The translations under genes were made by a program, and so were the position numbers. Shown in pieces: positions 37,723-48,599 of a stretch of 64,000 bases of DNA. Position 1 is the first letter of the stretch; each line of letters starts with the position of its first letter. This DNA is from Casimicrobiaceae bacterium. GTDB taxonomy: Bacteria > Pseudomonadota > Gammaproteobacteria > Burkholderiales > Casimicrobiaceae. Location of the stretch: the NCBI GenBank assembly GCA_036003195.1, contig DASYSP010000083.1, positions 46,054 to 110,053 on the forward strand, read 5' to 3'. The notes below the pieces were generated by a model. It saw only the letters and a list, made by a program, of their open reading frames with translations, had not been told where the DNA came from and ran no database searches.

Positions 37723-38940
37723 ATGAAAGCAGCCACCAGAAACTTGCTCGCGATTGCCATGGCGAGCCTGTTCACCGCCGGTGCGGCGAACGCGCAGTAC
37801 ACCAACAACGAGATCAAGCTCGGCGTGCTGTCCGACATGTCGAGCCTGTACACCGACCTCGCCGGCGCCGGCTCGGTCGTCGCCACCAAGATGGCGATCG
37901 AGGATTCCGGGATCGAGAAACGCGGCATCAAGGTCACCGTGGTCGAGGCCGATCATCAGAACAAGGCGGACGTGGGCTCGGCGATCGCCCGTCGCTGGTA
38001 CGACGCCGAGGGGGTGGATGCCATCGTCGACGTGCCGAATTCCGGCGTCGCGCTGGCGGTGTCGGCCATCACCAAGGAAAAGAACAAGGTATTCCTGGCC
38101 TCGGGACCGGGCACGTCCGACCTGACGGGCAAGGCGTGCACCCCGAACACCGTGCATTTCACCTACGACACCTGGATGCTGGCCAACGGCACCGGCACCG
38201 CCATCACCAAGCATGGCGGCAGCTCGTGGTTCTTCATCACCGCCGACTATGCGTTCGGCCAGGCGCTCGAGCGCGACACGACGGCCGCCGTCGAGAAGGC
38301 GGGCGGCAAGGTGCTGGGCGGCGTCAAGGTGCCGATCAACAACCAGGACTTCTCGTCGTTCCTGCTGCAGGCGCAGGCGTCGAAAGCCAAGGTCATCGGC
38401 CTCGCCAATGCCGGCGGCGACACGATCAATTCGATCAAGCAGGCATCCGAGTTCGGCATCGTCAAGGGCGGCCAGAGCCTCGCCGGACTGCTGGTGTTCA
38501 TCACCGACGTGAATTCGCTCGGCCTCGCGACCGCGCAGGGCCTGACGTTCACGACGACGTTCTACTGGGACATGAACGACCAGACGCGCGCGTTCAGCAA
38601 GCGCTTTGCGCCGCAGGACAAGGGCATCCATCCGACGATGGTGCAGGCGGGCGTGTACGCGTCGGTGCTGCATTACCTGAAGGCGGTCGAGGCGCTGAAG
38701 AGCGATGCCGACGGCGCGAAGGTCGTCGCCAAGATGAAGGAAATGCCTACCGACGACCCGCTGTTCGGCAAGGGTTCGATCCGCGCCGACGGCCGCGGCA
38801 TCCACCCGGCGTACCTCGTCCAGGTCAAGACGCCGGCGGAGTCGAAGGCGGCCTGGGATTACTACAAGGTGCTGGCGACGATTCCGGCCGACGAGGCATT
38901 CCGTCCGCTCAAGGATGGCGGCTGCTCGATGGTGAAGTAA
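37723..38940 (+). CDS. ABC substrate-binding protein (Leu/Ile/Val-binding fold)
   Basis: AGGAGA SD; signal peptide; KLGVLSDMSSLY.D..G.GS, ADHQNKADVG, DVPNSGVALAV, ANAGGDT.NSIKQA.EFG. Confidence 0.92.
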   Translation: MKAATRNLLAIAMASLFTAGAANAQYTNNEIKLGVLSDMSSLYTDLAGAGSVVATKMAIEDSGIEKRGIKVTVVEADHQNKADVGSAIARRWYDAEGVDAIVDVPNSGVALAVSAITKEKNKVFLASGPGTSDLTGKACTPNTVHFTYDTWMLANGTGTAITKHGGSSWFFITADYAFGQALERDTTAAVEKAGGKVLGGVKVPINNQDFSSFLLQAQASKAKVIGLANAGGDTINSIKQASEFGIVKGGQSLAGLLVFITDVNSLGLATAQGLTFTTTFYWDMNDQTRAFSKRFAPQDKGIHPTMVQAGVYASVLHYLKAVEALKSDADGAKVVAKMKEMPTDDPLFGKGSIRADGRGIHPAYLVQVKTPAESKAAWDYYKVLATIPADEAFRPLKDGGCSMVK

Positions 38941-38994
38941 CGCGTTCGTCCAACAGCGGCCCGCCTGCAGGCGGGTCGCGATTGGCGACAAACG

Positions 38995-39020
38995 CGTCAT
39001 CCCCGCGCGGGCGGGGATCC
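38995..39020. repeat. REP-like palindrome (CGTC family)
   Basis: CGTCATCCCCGCGCGGGCGGGGATCC matches the CGTCAT-YCCCGC-N4-GCGGGR-ATCC REP pattern; preceded by hairpin GCCCGCCTGCAGGCGGGT; only one copy seen. Confidence 0.55.
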
Positions 39021-39054
39021 CCAAGCTGGCGCAACCGACGGGACTGAACTCGCG

Positions 39055-39918
39055 ATGCAGGCGCTCTTCGGACAACTGCTGATCGGCCTCATCAACGGCG
39101 CGTTCTACGCGATGCTCTCGCTCGGGCTCGCAGTGATCTTCGGCCTGCTCAACATCATCAACTTCACGCACGGCGCGCAATACATGCTCGGCGCGTTCGC
39201 CGCGTACCTGCTGCTCGAGAAGCTGGGCATCGGCTACTGGTGGGCGCTGCTGCTGGCGCCGCTGATCGTCGGTGTCACCGGCATCGTCATCGAGCGCACG
39301 ATGCTGGCGCGGCTCTACAAGCTCGACCACCTTTACGGCCTGCTGCTGACGTTCGGCATCGCGCTGATCCTGCAGGGCGTGTTCACCAACGTCTACGGCA
39401 GCTCCGGACAGCCGTACCGGCTGCCTGCCGAGTTCGCGGGCGGCTACAACCTTGGCTTCATGTACCTGCCGAAGTACCGCGGCTGGGTCGTGCTCGCGTC
39501 GCTGATGATCTGCGCGTCGACGTGGTACGTGATCGAGCGCACCAAGCTCGGTGCGTACCTGCGCGCCGCCACCGAGAACGCGGCGCTGGTGCAGGCATTC
39601 GGCGTCAACGTGCCGCGCATGGTGACGCTGACGTACGGCTTCGGCGTGGCGCTGGCAGCGCTCGCCGGGGTGATGGCGGCGCCCATCTACCAGGTGGCGC
39701 CGCAGATGGGCGCGAACATCATCATCGTGGTGTTCGCCGTGGTGGTGATCGGCGGCATGGGCTCGATCGCCGGCGCCATCGTCACCGGTTTCGCGCTGGG
39801 CATCATCGAGGGCCTCACCAAGTATTTCTATCCGGAGGCGTCGAGCACGGTGATTTTCGTGGTCATGGTGATCGTGCTGGTGTTCCGCCCGGCCGGCCTC
39901 TTCGGCCGCGAACGCTGA
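39055..39918 (+). CDS. Branched-chain amino acid ABC permease (LivH-like)
   Basis: GLINGAFYA.LSLGLAVIFG..NIINFTHG, T.LG..LRA..EN, FAVVVIGGMGSI.GA. Confidence 0.92.
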   Translation: MQALFGQLLIGLINGAFYAMLSLGLAVIFGLLNIINFTHGAQYMLGAFAAYLLLEKLGIGYWWALLLAPLIVGVTGIVIERTMLARLYKLDHLYGLLLTFGIALILQGVFTNVYGSSGQPYRLPAEFAGGYNLGFMYLPKYRGWVVLASLMICASTWYVIERTKLGAYLRAATENAALVQAFGVNVPRMVTLTYGFGVALAALAGVMAAPIYQVAPQMGANIIIVVFAVVVIGGMGSIAGAIVTGFALGIIEGLTKYFYPEASSTVIFVVMVIVLVFRPAGLFGRER

Positions 39919-39920
39919 GC

Positions 39921-40913
39921 ATGGCGACGGCGCTCCCCGTGCACAGCGCGGCCGGCGGTTCGCTGGCGTCGCTGGTCGCGCTCGTCGCCTTGACGGCGGC
40001 GCTGGTGGTGGCGCCGTACGTCGGCGTGTACCCGGTATTCCTGATGAAGGCGCTGTGCTTCGCGCTGTTCGCCTGCGCATTCAACCTGCTGCTCGGCTAC
40101 GGCGGCCTGCTGTCGTTCGGCCACGCCATGTTCCTCGGCAGCGCCGGCTACGTCTGCGCGCATGCGGCCAAGGAATGGGGATGGCCGCCGGAGGCGGCGA
40201 TCCTCGCCGCCACCGCGGTGGCGACGGTGCTGGGCGTGGTGGTCGGCGTGCTGGCGATCCGCAGGCAGGGCATCTACTTCGCGATGATCACGCTGGCGAT
40301 CGCGCAGATGGTGTTCTTCTTCGCCGTGCAGGCGCCGTTCACGCACGGCGAAGACGGCATCCAGGCAGTGCCGCGCGGCGTGCTGTTCGGCTTCATCGAC
40401 CTCAACCGCGGCCTCGCGATGTACTACACGGTGCTCGTGGTCTTCGTCGCCGGCTTTCTCGCCATCTACCGCATCGTCTATTCGCCGTTCGGCCAGGTGC
40501 TGAAGGCGATCAAGGAAAACGAGCCGCGCGCGATATCGCTGGGCTACGACGCCGACCGCTACAAGCTCGTCGCCTTCATCCTCTCCGCGGCGCTGGCGGG
40601 GCTCGCCGGGGCGACCAAGGCGATCGTGTTCCAGCTGGCGTCGTTGACCGACGTCGACTGGCCGATGTCGGGCGAAGTCGTGCTGATGGTGCTGCTGGGC
40701 GGCATGGGCACGACGTTCGGGCCGGTGGTCGGCGCGTTCATCCTGGTGGGCCTCGAAAGCTTTCTCACGTCGGGCATCACGATCGCCGGGCGCACGTTCG
40801 GGCCCGAGTGGGTGCCGGTGATCACCGGCGTGATCTTCGTCGTCTGCGTGCTCGCGTTCCGCCGCGGCGTGGTCGGCGAAATCGCCGCCTGGCATTCGCG
40901 ACGCCGGCACTAG
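39921..40913 (+). CDS. Branched-chain amino acid ABC permease (LivM-like)
   Basis: FNLLLGYGGLLSFGH, YFAMITLA, GGEDG-like GEDG, SPFG..L.AIKENE.RA.SLGY, VLLGG.GT..GP. Confidence 0.92.
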   Translation: MATALPVHSAAGGSLASLVALVALTAALVVAPYVGVYPVFLMKALCFALFACAFNLLLGYGGLLSFGHAMFLGSAGYVCAHAAKEWGWPPEAAILAATAVATVLGVVVGVLAIRRQGIYFAMITLAIAQMVFFFAVQAPFTHGEDGIQAVPRGVLFGFIDLNRGLAMYYTVLVVFVAGFLAIYRIVYSPFGQVLKAIKENEPRAISLGYDADRYKLVAFILSAALAGLAGATKAIVFQLASLTDVDWPMSGEVVLMVLLGGMGTTFGPVVGAFILVGLESFLTSGITIAGRTFGPEWVPVITGVIFVVCVLAFRRGVVGEIAAWHSRRRH

Positions 40914-41079
40914 GCGCCTGCCGCACGTCGCGCCCCTGCGGGCGCGCCCGGTGAGCGCCTGTATGCGCGCCCTTGCGGTGCGCCCTTGTGAGGCGCGGTC
41001 GTTTCGCGCTAGATTGCGGGCGTCGCGCCGCTCCCGTCCGGGGCGACGCGCCTTCTCCATCCTTCGAAACGAGGCACCC

Positions 41080-42663
41080 ATGTTGCTATCGAGCCTTCGC
41101 CGCCTGGCGGCGGTGATCGTTGCCGGCGCGGCCATCGCGCTCGCCGCCACGGCATCGGCGCAGGACCTGCGCATCGCGGTGGCCGCCGACGTGACGTCGA
41201 TCGATCCCCACTTCTTCAATCTCTTCCCGAACAACAACGTCGCCGAGCACATCTTCGACAAGCTGGTGCGGATGGATCCGGACTCGCAGATGATTCCCGG
41301 GCTCGCGACTTCCTGGAAGACGATCGACCCGACGACGTGGGAGTTCAAGCTGCGCAAGGGGGTCAAGTTCCACGACGGCAGCGAACTCACGGCCGACGAC
41401 GTCGTGTTCTCGATCAACCGGGTGCCGAACGTGCCCAACAGCCCGGGACGCTTCACCGCGTACACGAAGGCGATCACCAAGATCGACGTCGTCGACCCGT
41501 ACACGCTGCACATCCACTACGCCACGCCGTACCCGCTGGCGCCGAACGACCTGTCGACCATCTACATCGTGTCGCACAAGGTCGCGGCGAATGCCACGAC
41601 GGAGGACTTCAACTCGGGCAAGGCAGCGATCGGCAGCGGGCCGTACAAATTCGTCCGCTACGTCAACGGCGACCGCATCGAGCTGGAGCGCAACGACAGC
41701 TACTGGGGCGACAAGCCGGCCTACAGGAAAGTGACGTTCAAGATCATCAAGAACGAGGCGGCGCGCACCGCGGCGCTGCTGTCGGGTGACGTCGACGCCA
41801 TCGAGCAGCCGCCGACGGCCGATCTGGCGAAGATCAAGGCCGACCCGCACTTCACGGTGACCTCGAAGATCTCGCACCGCGTCATCTACTTCAATTTCGA
41901 CTTCCTCGACCGCTCGAGCCCGTTCGTCACCGGCAAGGACGGCAAGCCGCTCGCCAAGAACCCGTTCCTCGACCTGCGCGTGCGCCGCGCGATGTCGAAG
42001 GCGATCAACCGCAAGGCGATCGCCGACCGCGTGATGGAAGGCCAGGCGGTGCCGTCGGGTCAGCTCGTGTCTGATCACCTGTTCGGGTTCGTGCCGACGC
42101 TGAAGGCCGATGCCTATGACCCGGAGGGCGCGAAGCAGCTGCTGGCCGCGGCCGGTTACCCGGATGGCTTCAACCTGACGATCCACGGCCCCGCGGGGCG
42201 CTACGTCAACGACGAGAAGATCGTGCAGGCGGTGGCGCAGATGCTGACGCGCGTCGGCATCGTCTGCAAGGTCGAGACGGCGCCGATGGGGCCGTATTCG
42301 TCGCGCGCGTCGAAGCAGGAGTTCAGCTTCCACATGGTGGGATGGGGCGCGTCGACGGGCGAGGCGAGCTCGCCGCTGCGCTCGCTGCTGGCGACCTATG
42401 ATGCGTCGAAGGGTCTCGGCGCCGTCAACTGGGGGCGCTACAGCAATCCCAAGGTCGACTACCTGATCGAGCAGGCGATCCAGCAGGTCGACGACGACAA
42501 CCGCAGGGTGATGCTGCAGCGCGCGACCCAGCTCGCCATGGACGACCTCGGCCTGATGCCGATCCACTTCCAGTTCACCATCTGGGCGACGAAGAAGGGC
42601 GTGCAGTACATTCCGCGCACCGACGAGTACACGCTCGCCTACCAGTTCCACGCGGCGAAATAG
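41080..42663 (+). CDS. ABC substrate-binding protein family 5 (Dpp/Opp/Nik-like)
   Basis: Signal peptide; TSIDPH, IFDKLV, PGLATSW, WEFKLRKGVKFHDG, IGSGPYKF, D.RVRRAMS.AI.R. Confidence 0.92.
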   Translation: MLLSSLRRLAAVIVAGAAIALAATASAQDLRIAVAADVTSIDPHFFNLFPNNNVAEHIFDKLVRMDPDSQMIPGLATSWKTIDPTTWEFKLRKGVKFHDGSELTADDVVFSINRVPNVPNSPGRFTAYTKAITKIDVVDPYTLHIHYATPYPLAPNDLSTIYIVSHKVAANATTEDFNSGKAAIGSGPYKFVRYVNGDRIELERNDSYWGDKPAYRKVTFKIIKNEAARTAALLSGDVDAIEQPPTADLAKIKADPHFTVTSKISHRVIYFNFDFLDRSSPFVTGKDGKPLAKNPFLDLRVRRAMSKAINRKAIADRVMEGQAVPSGQLVSDHLFGFVPTLKADAYDPEGAKQLLAAAGYPDGFNLTIHGPAGRYVNDEKIVQAVAQMLTRVGIVCKVETAPMGPYSSRASKQEFSFHMVGWGASTGEASSPLRSLLATYDASKGLGAVNWGRYSNPKVDYLIEQAIQQVDDDNRRVMLQRATQLAMDDLGLMPIHFQFTIWATKKGVQYIPRTDEYTLAYQFHAAK

Positions 42664-42725
42664 CCCCTCGCAGGAACTCGCGGGCGGCCGCCGCACCTCG
42701 CGTCCGCCCGCGCGCCTGACCGCCC

Positions 42726-43703
42726 GTGCTCGTCTATCTCATCCGCCGCTGCCTGCAGAGTGTCGTCGTGCTGCTGGTGATGTCGCTGATCGTGTTCGCC
42801 GGCGTATACGCGGTCGGCAATCCGATCGACATCCTGATCAATCCCCAGGCCGACCAGGCCGAGCGCGCCCAGGCGATCCACGCGCTCGGGCTCGACCAGC
42901 CGCTGTGGATGCAATACGTGGTGTTCCTGCGCGACGCGCTGCACGGCGACCTCGGGCATTCGTTCGTGCACAGCACGTCGGCGCTCGGCCTCATTTTCGA
43001 GCGCATGCCGGCGACGCTCGAGCTCGCCAGCGTGGCGATGCTGTTCGCGATCGTGCTCGGCATTCCGCTCGGGCTGTGGGCCGGGCTCAAGCCCGACTCG
43101 GCGAGCGGCCGCACGATCATGGCGGGCTCGATCCTGGGATTTTCGCTGCCGACATTCTGGGTCGGCCTGATGCTGATCATGGTGTTCTCGGTGATGCTCG
43201 GCTGGCTGCCTTCCAATGGCCGTGGCGAAACCGTGCCGCTGTTCGGCGTGCCGGTGTCGTTCCTCACGCTCGACGGCTGGCGCCACCTGGTGCTGCCGGC
43301 GACCAACCTCGCGCTGTTCAACGTCGCGCTGATGATCCGCCTGACGCGCGCGGGGACGCGCGAGGCGCTGCTGCAGGACTACGTCAAGTTCGCGCGCGCC
43401 AAGGGCCTTTCCAACGCGCGCGTGATCGGCGTGCACGTGCTGCGCAACATCCTGATCCCGATCGTCACGGTCATCGGCCTGCAGTTCGGTGCGCTGATCG
43501 CGTTCGCCATCGTCACCGAATCGGTGTTCGCGTGGCCCGGCATGGGCAAGCTGCTGGTCGACTCGATCAATTTCCTCGACCGCCCGGTGATCGTCGCCTA
43601 CCTGCTCGTCATCGTCACCCTGTTCATCGTCATCAACCTCGCGGTCGACCTCGTGTATTCGGCGCTCGACCCGCGCGTACGACTGACCGATGCCAAGGGC
43701 TAG
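42726..43703 (+). CDS. Peptide ABC permease (DppB-like)
   Basis: LGLDQPLW.QY, GDLG.S, PATLEL, DYVKFARAKGL, RNILIP, TESVFAWPGMG.L. Confidence 0.92.
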   Translation: MLVYLIRRCLQSVVVLLVMSLIVFAGVYAVGNPIDILINPQADQAERAQAIHALGLDQPLWMQYVVFLRDALHGDLGHSFVHSTSALGLIFERMPATLELASVAMLFAIVLGIPLGLWAGLKPDSASGRTIMAGSILGFSLPTFWVGLMLIMVFSVMLGWLPSNGRGETVPLFGVPVSFLTLDGWRHLVLPATNLALFNVALMIRLTRAGTREALLQDYVKFARAKGLSNARVIGVHVLRNILIPIVTVIGLQFGALIAFAIVTESVFAWPGMGKLLVDSINFLDRPVIVAYLLVIVTLFIVINLAVDLVYSALDPRVRLTDAKG

Positions 43704-43745
43704 CGCGATGGCGCGTGCACGCCGCACTCAGCGCATCGTCATCCG

Positions 43746-44657
43746 ATGAGCGCCGACGCCGCACCGGTCGCCGCGCGCGTCGCCGAATCGCCATGGCGGC
43801 GGGTGGTCGGCGACTTCTTCGCCAATCCGGTGGCGACGTTCGGTTTCGCGCTGTTGTGCGTGCTCGTGCTGGCGGCGATCTTCGCGCCGCTCATATCCCC
43901 GCAGGATCCCTACGACCTCGCGCAGATCGACGTGATGGACGGCAAGCTGCCGCCCGGATCGGCATCCGCCGGCGCGTCCGGCACCTTCTGGCTCGGCACC
44001 GACGACCAGGGGCGCGACATGCTGTCGGCGATCTTCTACGGGCTGCGCATCTCGATCTTCGTCGGCGTGTCGAGCACGGTGCTGGCGCTCGTGATCGGTC
44101 TCGCCGCCGGCCTCGTCGCCGCCTATCTCGGCGGCCGCGTCGAGACGTTCACGATGCGCGTCGTCGACATCCAGCTGTCGTTCCCGTCGATCCTGATCGC
44201 GCTGATCCTGATCGCGGTGCTGGGGCAGGGGATCGGCAAGGTGATCGCGGCGCTGGTCACCGTGCAGTGGGCCTACTACGCGCGCACCGTGCGCAGCGCC
44301 GCGCTGGTCGAGCGGCGCAAGGAATACATCGAGGCGGCGCGCTGCCTCGCGCTGTCGCCGATGCGCATCGTGTTCCGCCATCTGCTGCCGAACTGCCTGC
44401 CGCCGCTGATCGTCGTGGCCACCGTGCAGGTGGCCGCGGCGATCGCGCTGGAGGCCACGCTGTCGTTCCTCGGTCTGGGCCTGCCGATCACCGAGCCTTC
44501 GCTCGGCCTGTTGATCGCCAACGGCTACCAGTACCTGCTGTCCGGCAAGTACTGGATCAGCTTCTTTCCCGGCATCGCGCTGCTGCTGACGATCGTCAGC
44601 ATCAACCTCGTCGCCGACCAGCTGCGCGATGTGCTGAACCCGCGCCTTTCGCGATGA
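43746..44657 (+). CDS. Peptide ABC permease (DppC-like)
   Basis: WLGTDDQGRD, YIEAAR..., HLLPNCL, EATLSFLGLG, WISFFPG. Confidence 0.92.
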   Translation: MSADAAPVAARVAESPWRRVVGDFFANPVATFGFALLCVLVLAAIFAPLISPQDPYDLAQIDVMDGKLPPGSASAGASGTFWLGTDDQGRDMLSAIFYGLRISIFVGVSSTVLALVIGLAAGLVAAYLGGRVETFTMRVVDIQLSFPSILIALILIAVLGQGIGKVIAALVTVQWAYYARTVRSAALVERRKEYIEAARCLALSPMRIVFRHLLPNCLPPLIVVATVQVAAAIALEATLSFLGLGLPITEPSLGLLIANGYQYLLSGKYWISFFPGIALLLTIVSINLVADQLRDVLNPRLSR

Positions 44658-45645
44658 GTGCAGTGGCCACGGACGCGGCACCGCTGCTCGAGGTGCGTGG
44701 ACTGCGCACGCACTTCTTCACGCGCGCCGGCGTGGCCAAGGCGGTCGACGACGTGTCGTTCACGCTCGCGCGCGGCGAGGTGCTGGGGCTGGTCGGCGAA
44801 TCGGGCTCGGGCAAGTCGATGACCGGCTATTCGCTGATGGGACTCATCGATCCCCCGGGGTGCATCGTCGACGGCAGCATCCGCCTCGGCGGCACGGAGT
44901 TGACGACGCTGCCCGCCGAGGCCATGCGCGCGATGCGCGGCAATCGGCTGGCGATGATCTTCCAGGACCCGATGATGACGCTCAATCCGGTGCTGCGCGT
45001 CGATCACCAGATGACCGAGGCGATCCACGCGCACGCGCGCGTGTCGCAAGCCGAGGCGCTGGCGCGCGCACGGGCGGCGCTGGTGCGGGTCGGCATTGCC
45101 GCGCCCGACTCGCGACTCAAGGCCTATCCGCACCAGTTTTCCGGCGGCATGCGCCAGCGCGTGGCGATCGCGATCGCGCTGCTCAACGATCCCGACGTCA
45201 TCATCGCCGACGAGCCCACCACGGCGCTCGACGTGACCATCCAGGGCCAGATCCTCTACGAGGTGCAGAAGCTCGCGCGCGAGACCGGCACGGCGCTGAT
45301 CTGGATCACCCACGACCTGTCGGTGATCGCCGGCCTCGCCGACCGGATCTGCGTGATGTACGCCGGCAAGATCGTGGAGGAGGGATCGACCGCCGACGTG
45401 CTCGACCATCCGGCACATCCCTACACACAGGGGCTCCTCGACAGCGTGCCGTCGCGCAACGCGCACGGCGAGCGCCTGCGGCAGATTCCCGGGATGACGC
45501 CGTCGCTGCTGACGCTGCCGCCCGGTTGCGCATTCCGCGACCGCTGCGCCCGGGCCGACGCGATGTGCGAGGCGATGCCGCCGGTGACGCCGGCGCCGCG
45601 CGGCAGCGCCGTGCACACGATGCGCTGCTTTCATCCGCTGACCTC

Positions 45646-45649
<4 letters not shown>
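44654..45649 (+). CDS. Peptide ABC ATPase (DppD-like)
   Basis: [56 protein letters not shown]. Confidence 0.93.
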
Positions 45650-46667
<1,018 letters not shown>

Positions 46668-46671
<4 letters not shown>

Positions 46672-47555
46672 CCGCGCCGGTCATCGTGCACCGGCCACCG
46701 GTCGCCGCGGCGCTGGTGCTCGACTCGCCGCATTCCGGCGAATGGTATCCGCCGGATTTCGACCACGCGCCGCCGCGCGCCGAAGTACGGCAGGCGGAGG
46801 ACACGCATGTCGCGCGGCTCTGGCGCGGTGCGCTGGCGCACGGCGCGACCCTGGTCGAGGCGGTGTTTCCGCGCGCGTACATCGATCCCAACCGCAGCCT
46901 CGCCGACATCGATCCCGCGCTGTTCGCCGAGAACGAGCGCTGGCCGCATCCGCTGTCGCCATCGCGCAAGACCGCACAGGGCATCGGTCTGGTCTGGCGC
47001 CTTGCGCGCCACGGCGTGCCGCTGTATGCGCGCAAGCTCGGCGTCGCCGAAGTCGCGCATCGCATCGATGCCTACTGGCATCCCTACCATGCGGCGCTGC
47101 AGGCGGCGATCGACGAATGCCATCGCACGTTCGGCGCGGCGTGGCACCTCAACTGCCATTCGATGCCCGCGGTGGGCGATGCGCTGGCCGACGACGCCGG
47201 CCGCGCGCGCGCCGACATCGTGCTCGGCGACCGCGACGGCACCACCTGCGATCCTGCGTTCACCGCGCGCGTGCGCGACCTGTTCGCCGTGCGCGGATAC
47301 AGCGTCGCCATCAACGATCCGTACAAAGGGGTCGAGATCGTGCGCCGCCACGGCCAACCGCACGCGGACCGTCACAGCCTGCAGGTCGAGATCAACCGCC
47401 GCCTCTACATGGACGAGGCGACGCTGCTGACGAACGCCGGGCACGATGCGCTGGCGCGCGATCTCGCCGCGATCGCGGCGGACGTCGTGGCCTGGATCGG
47501 TCCGCGCGTGCGGACTTCGCCAATCGCGTCGCGCGGGCGGGCGACGCGATCATAG
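46668..47555 (+). CDS. N-formylglutamate amidohydrolase family (HutG-like)
   Basis: LDSPHSG, EDTHV, PRAYIDPNR, YWHPYH..L, CHSMP, DIVLGD, NDPYKG, HSLQVEINRRLYMDE. Confidence 0.88.
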
Positions 47556-47573
47556 GCGGCGCCGACTCGGCCG

Positions 47574-48386
47574 TCAGCCGTCGCCGGTGGCGCCGGTTGC
47601 GGCGACCACCGCCGCGACGTCCTGCTGGTTCTCGGCGCGCAGCAGCGGCATCAGCCGCTTGCGGCCCGCGAGCCACGACACGACGCGGTGCGTGTCGCAT
47701 GGATGGCGGTGGATCGTCACGCCCGGCAGCCCCTCCAGCCGCATGGCGCGCTTCATTTCGCGCGGCGAGTTCGCACACGCATGAATGTTGTAGCGCGTGC
47801 GACCGTTCCATTCGCGCAGGACGTGGGAGAGGTTGAAGTAGCGATGCGCCTGCGGCGGCAGGGCCGCGAGCCGCTCGATCGTGGCGGCGTGCCGCACGTT
47901 ATCGTGCGGGTCGCCATGCACCGCCAGCCATTGCGGGTCGAGATTGGTGAAAGGCGCGAACGCGTGGACGTCGTCGGCGCCGAGGAGGTGCCCGTACAGG
48001 ATCGCCGCGAAGCTGCCGCCCGACGGGCCGATCATCATCGTCCGCGCCGGCGCGAGCTCGGCGAGGTGACCGCGGATCACGCCAGCCAGCGATTCGCAAC
48101 TGCCCGCCAGACCCGGGATGCCGGCGAGATAACACGTGAACGAGTCGTCACGCAGCAAGATCCGGCTGTGGCGCAGCAAACCGGTGATGGAGAGGAAATC
48201 GAAGCGCGACCGGTTGAGCATGCCGCCGAAGCCCTTGAATGCCACGACCGCGGTGCTTGGATCCTCGCCGCGCTCGACGAGGAGCGGCGGCTCCGCCGCC
48301 GGTCCGGGCTGTGACCACGCGTCGGCCTGCAGCGAGAAATGGTGTTCCAGCGCAACGCCTGCCGGTGCGCCTTTGGCGTCGTTCAT
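47574..48386 (-). CDS. Hypothetical alpha/beta-hydrolase-fold protein
   Basis: VVAFKG, RD...WY-like RDDSFTCY, nucleophile elbow IGPSGGSFAAILYG, AFAP.T, C-terminal DTH; no gene-level identity recognised. Confidence 0.6.
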   Translation of the reverse strand: MNDAKGAPAGVALEHHFSLQADAWSQPGPAAEPPLLVERGEDPSTAVVAFKGFGGMLNRSRFDFLSITGLLRHSRILLRDDSFTCYLAGIPGLAGSCESLAGVIRGHLAELAPARTMMIGPSGGSFAAILYGHLLGADDVHAFAPFTNLDPQWLAVHGDPHDNVRHAATIERLAALPPQAHRYFNLSHVLREWNGRTRYNIHACANSPREMKRAMRLEGLPGVTIHRHPCDTHRVVSWLAGRKRLMPLLRAENQQDVAAVVAATGATGDG

Positions 48387-48536
48387 CGAAGCTCCCTGTC
48401 GCGCACGGCATTGCAATCGCGCCATGCGTCGTACGTCCATGGTATCGGGTGGTCAACCGCCTCGCAATCGGCGCCTCGATGCCGCTTGCCGGGTGGAACT
48501 GGCGCGGCGGCCCGGTGCGCGAGCGGCGGATGCCGG

Positions 48537-48565
48537 TTCCGATGCCCGCGGCGACGCGGTATAAT
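48537..48565 (+). promoter_or_regulatory. Sigma70 promoter of tpiA-secG
   Basis: Perfect TATAAT (48560-48565) 17 nt after TTCCGA (48537-48542). Confidence 0.6.
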
Positions 48566-48599
48566 CGAGAGGTTTTTGCGCATCGGACGATCTACGGGC

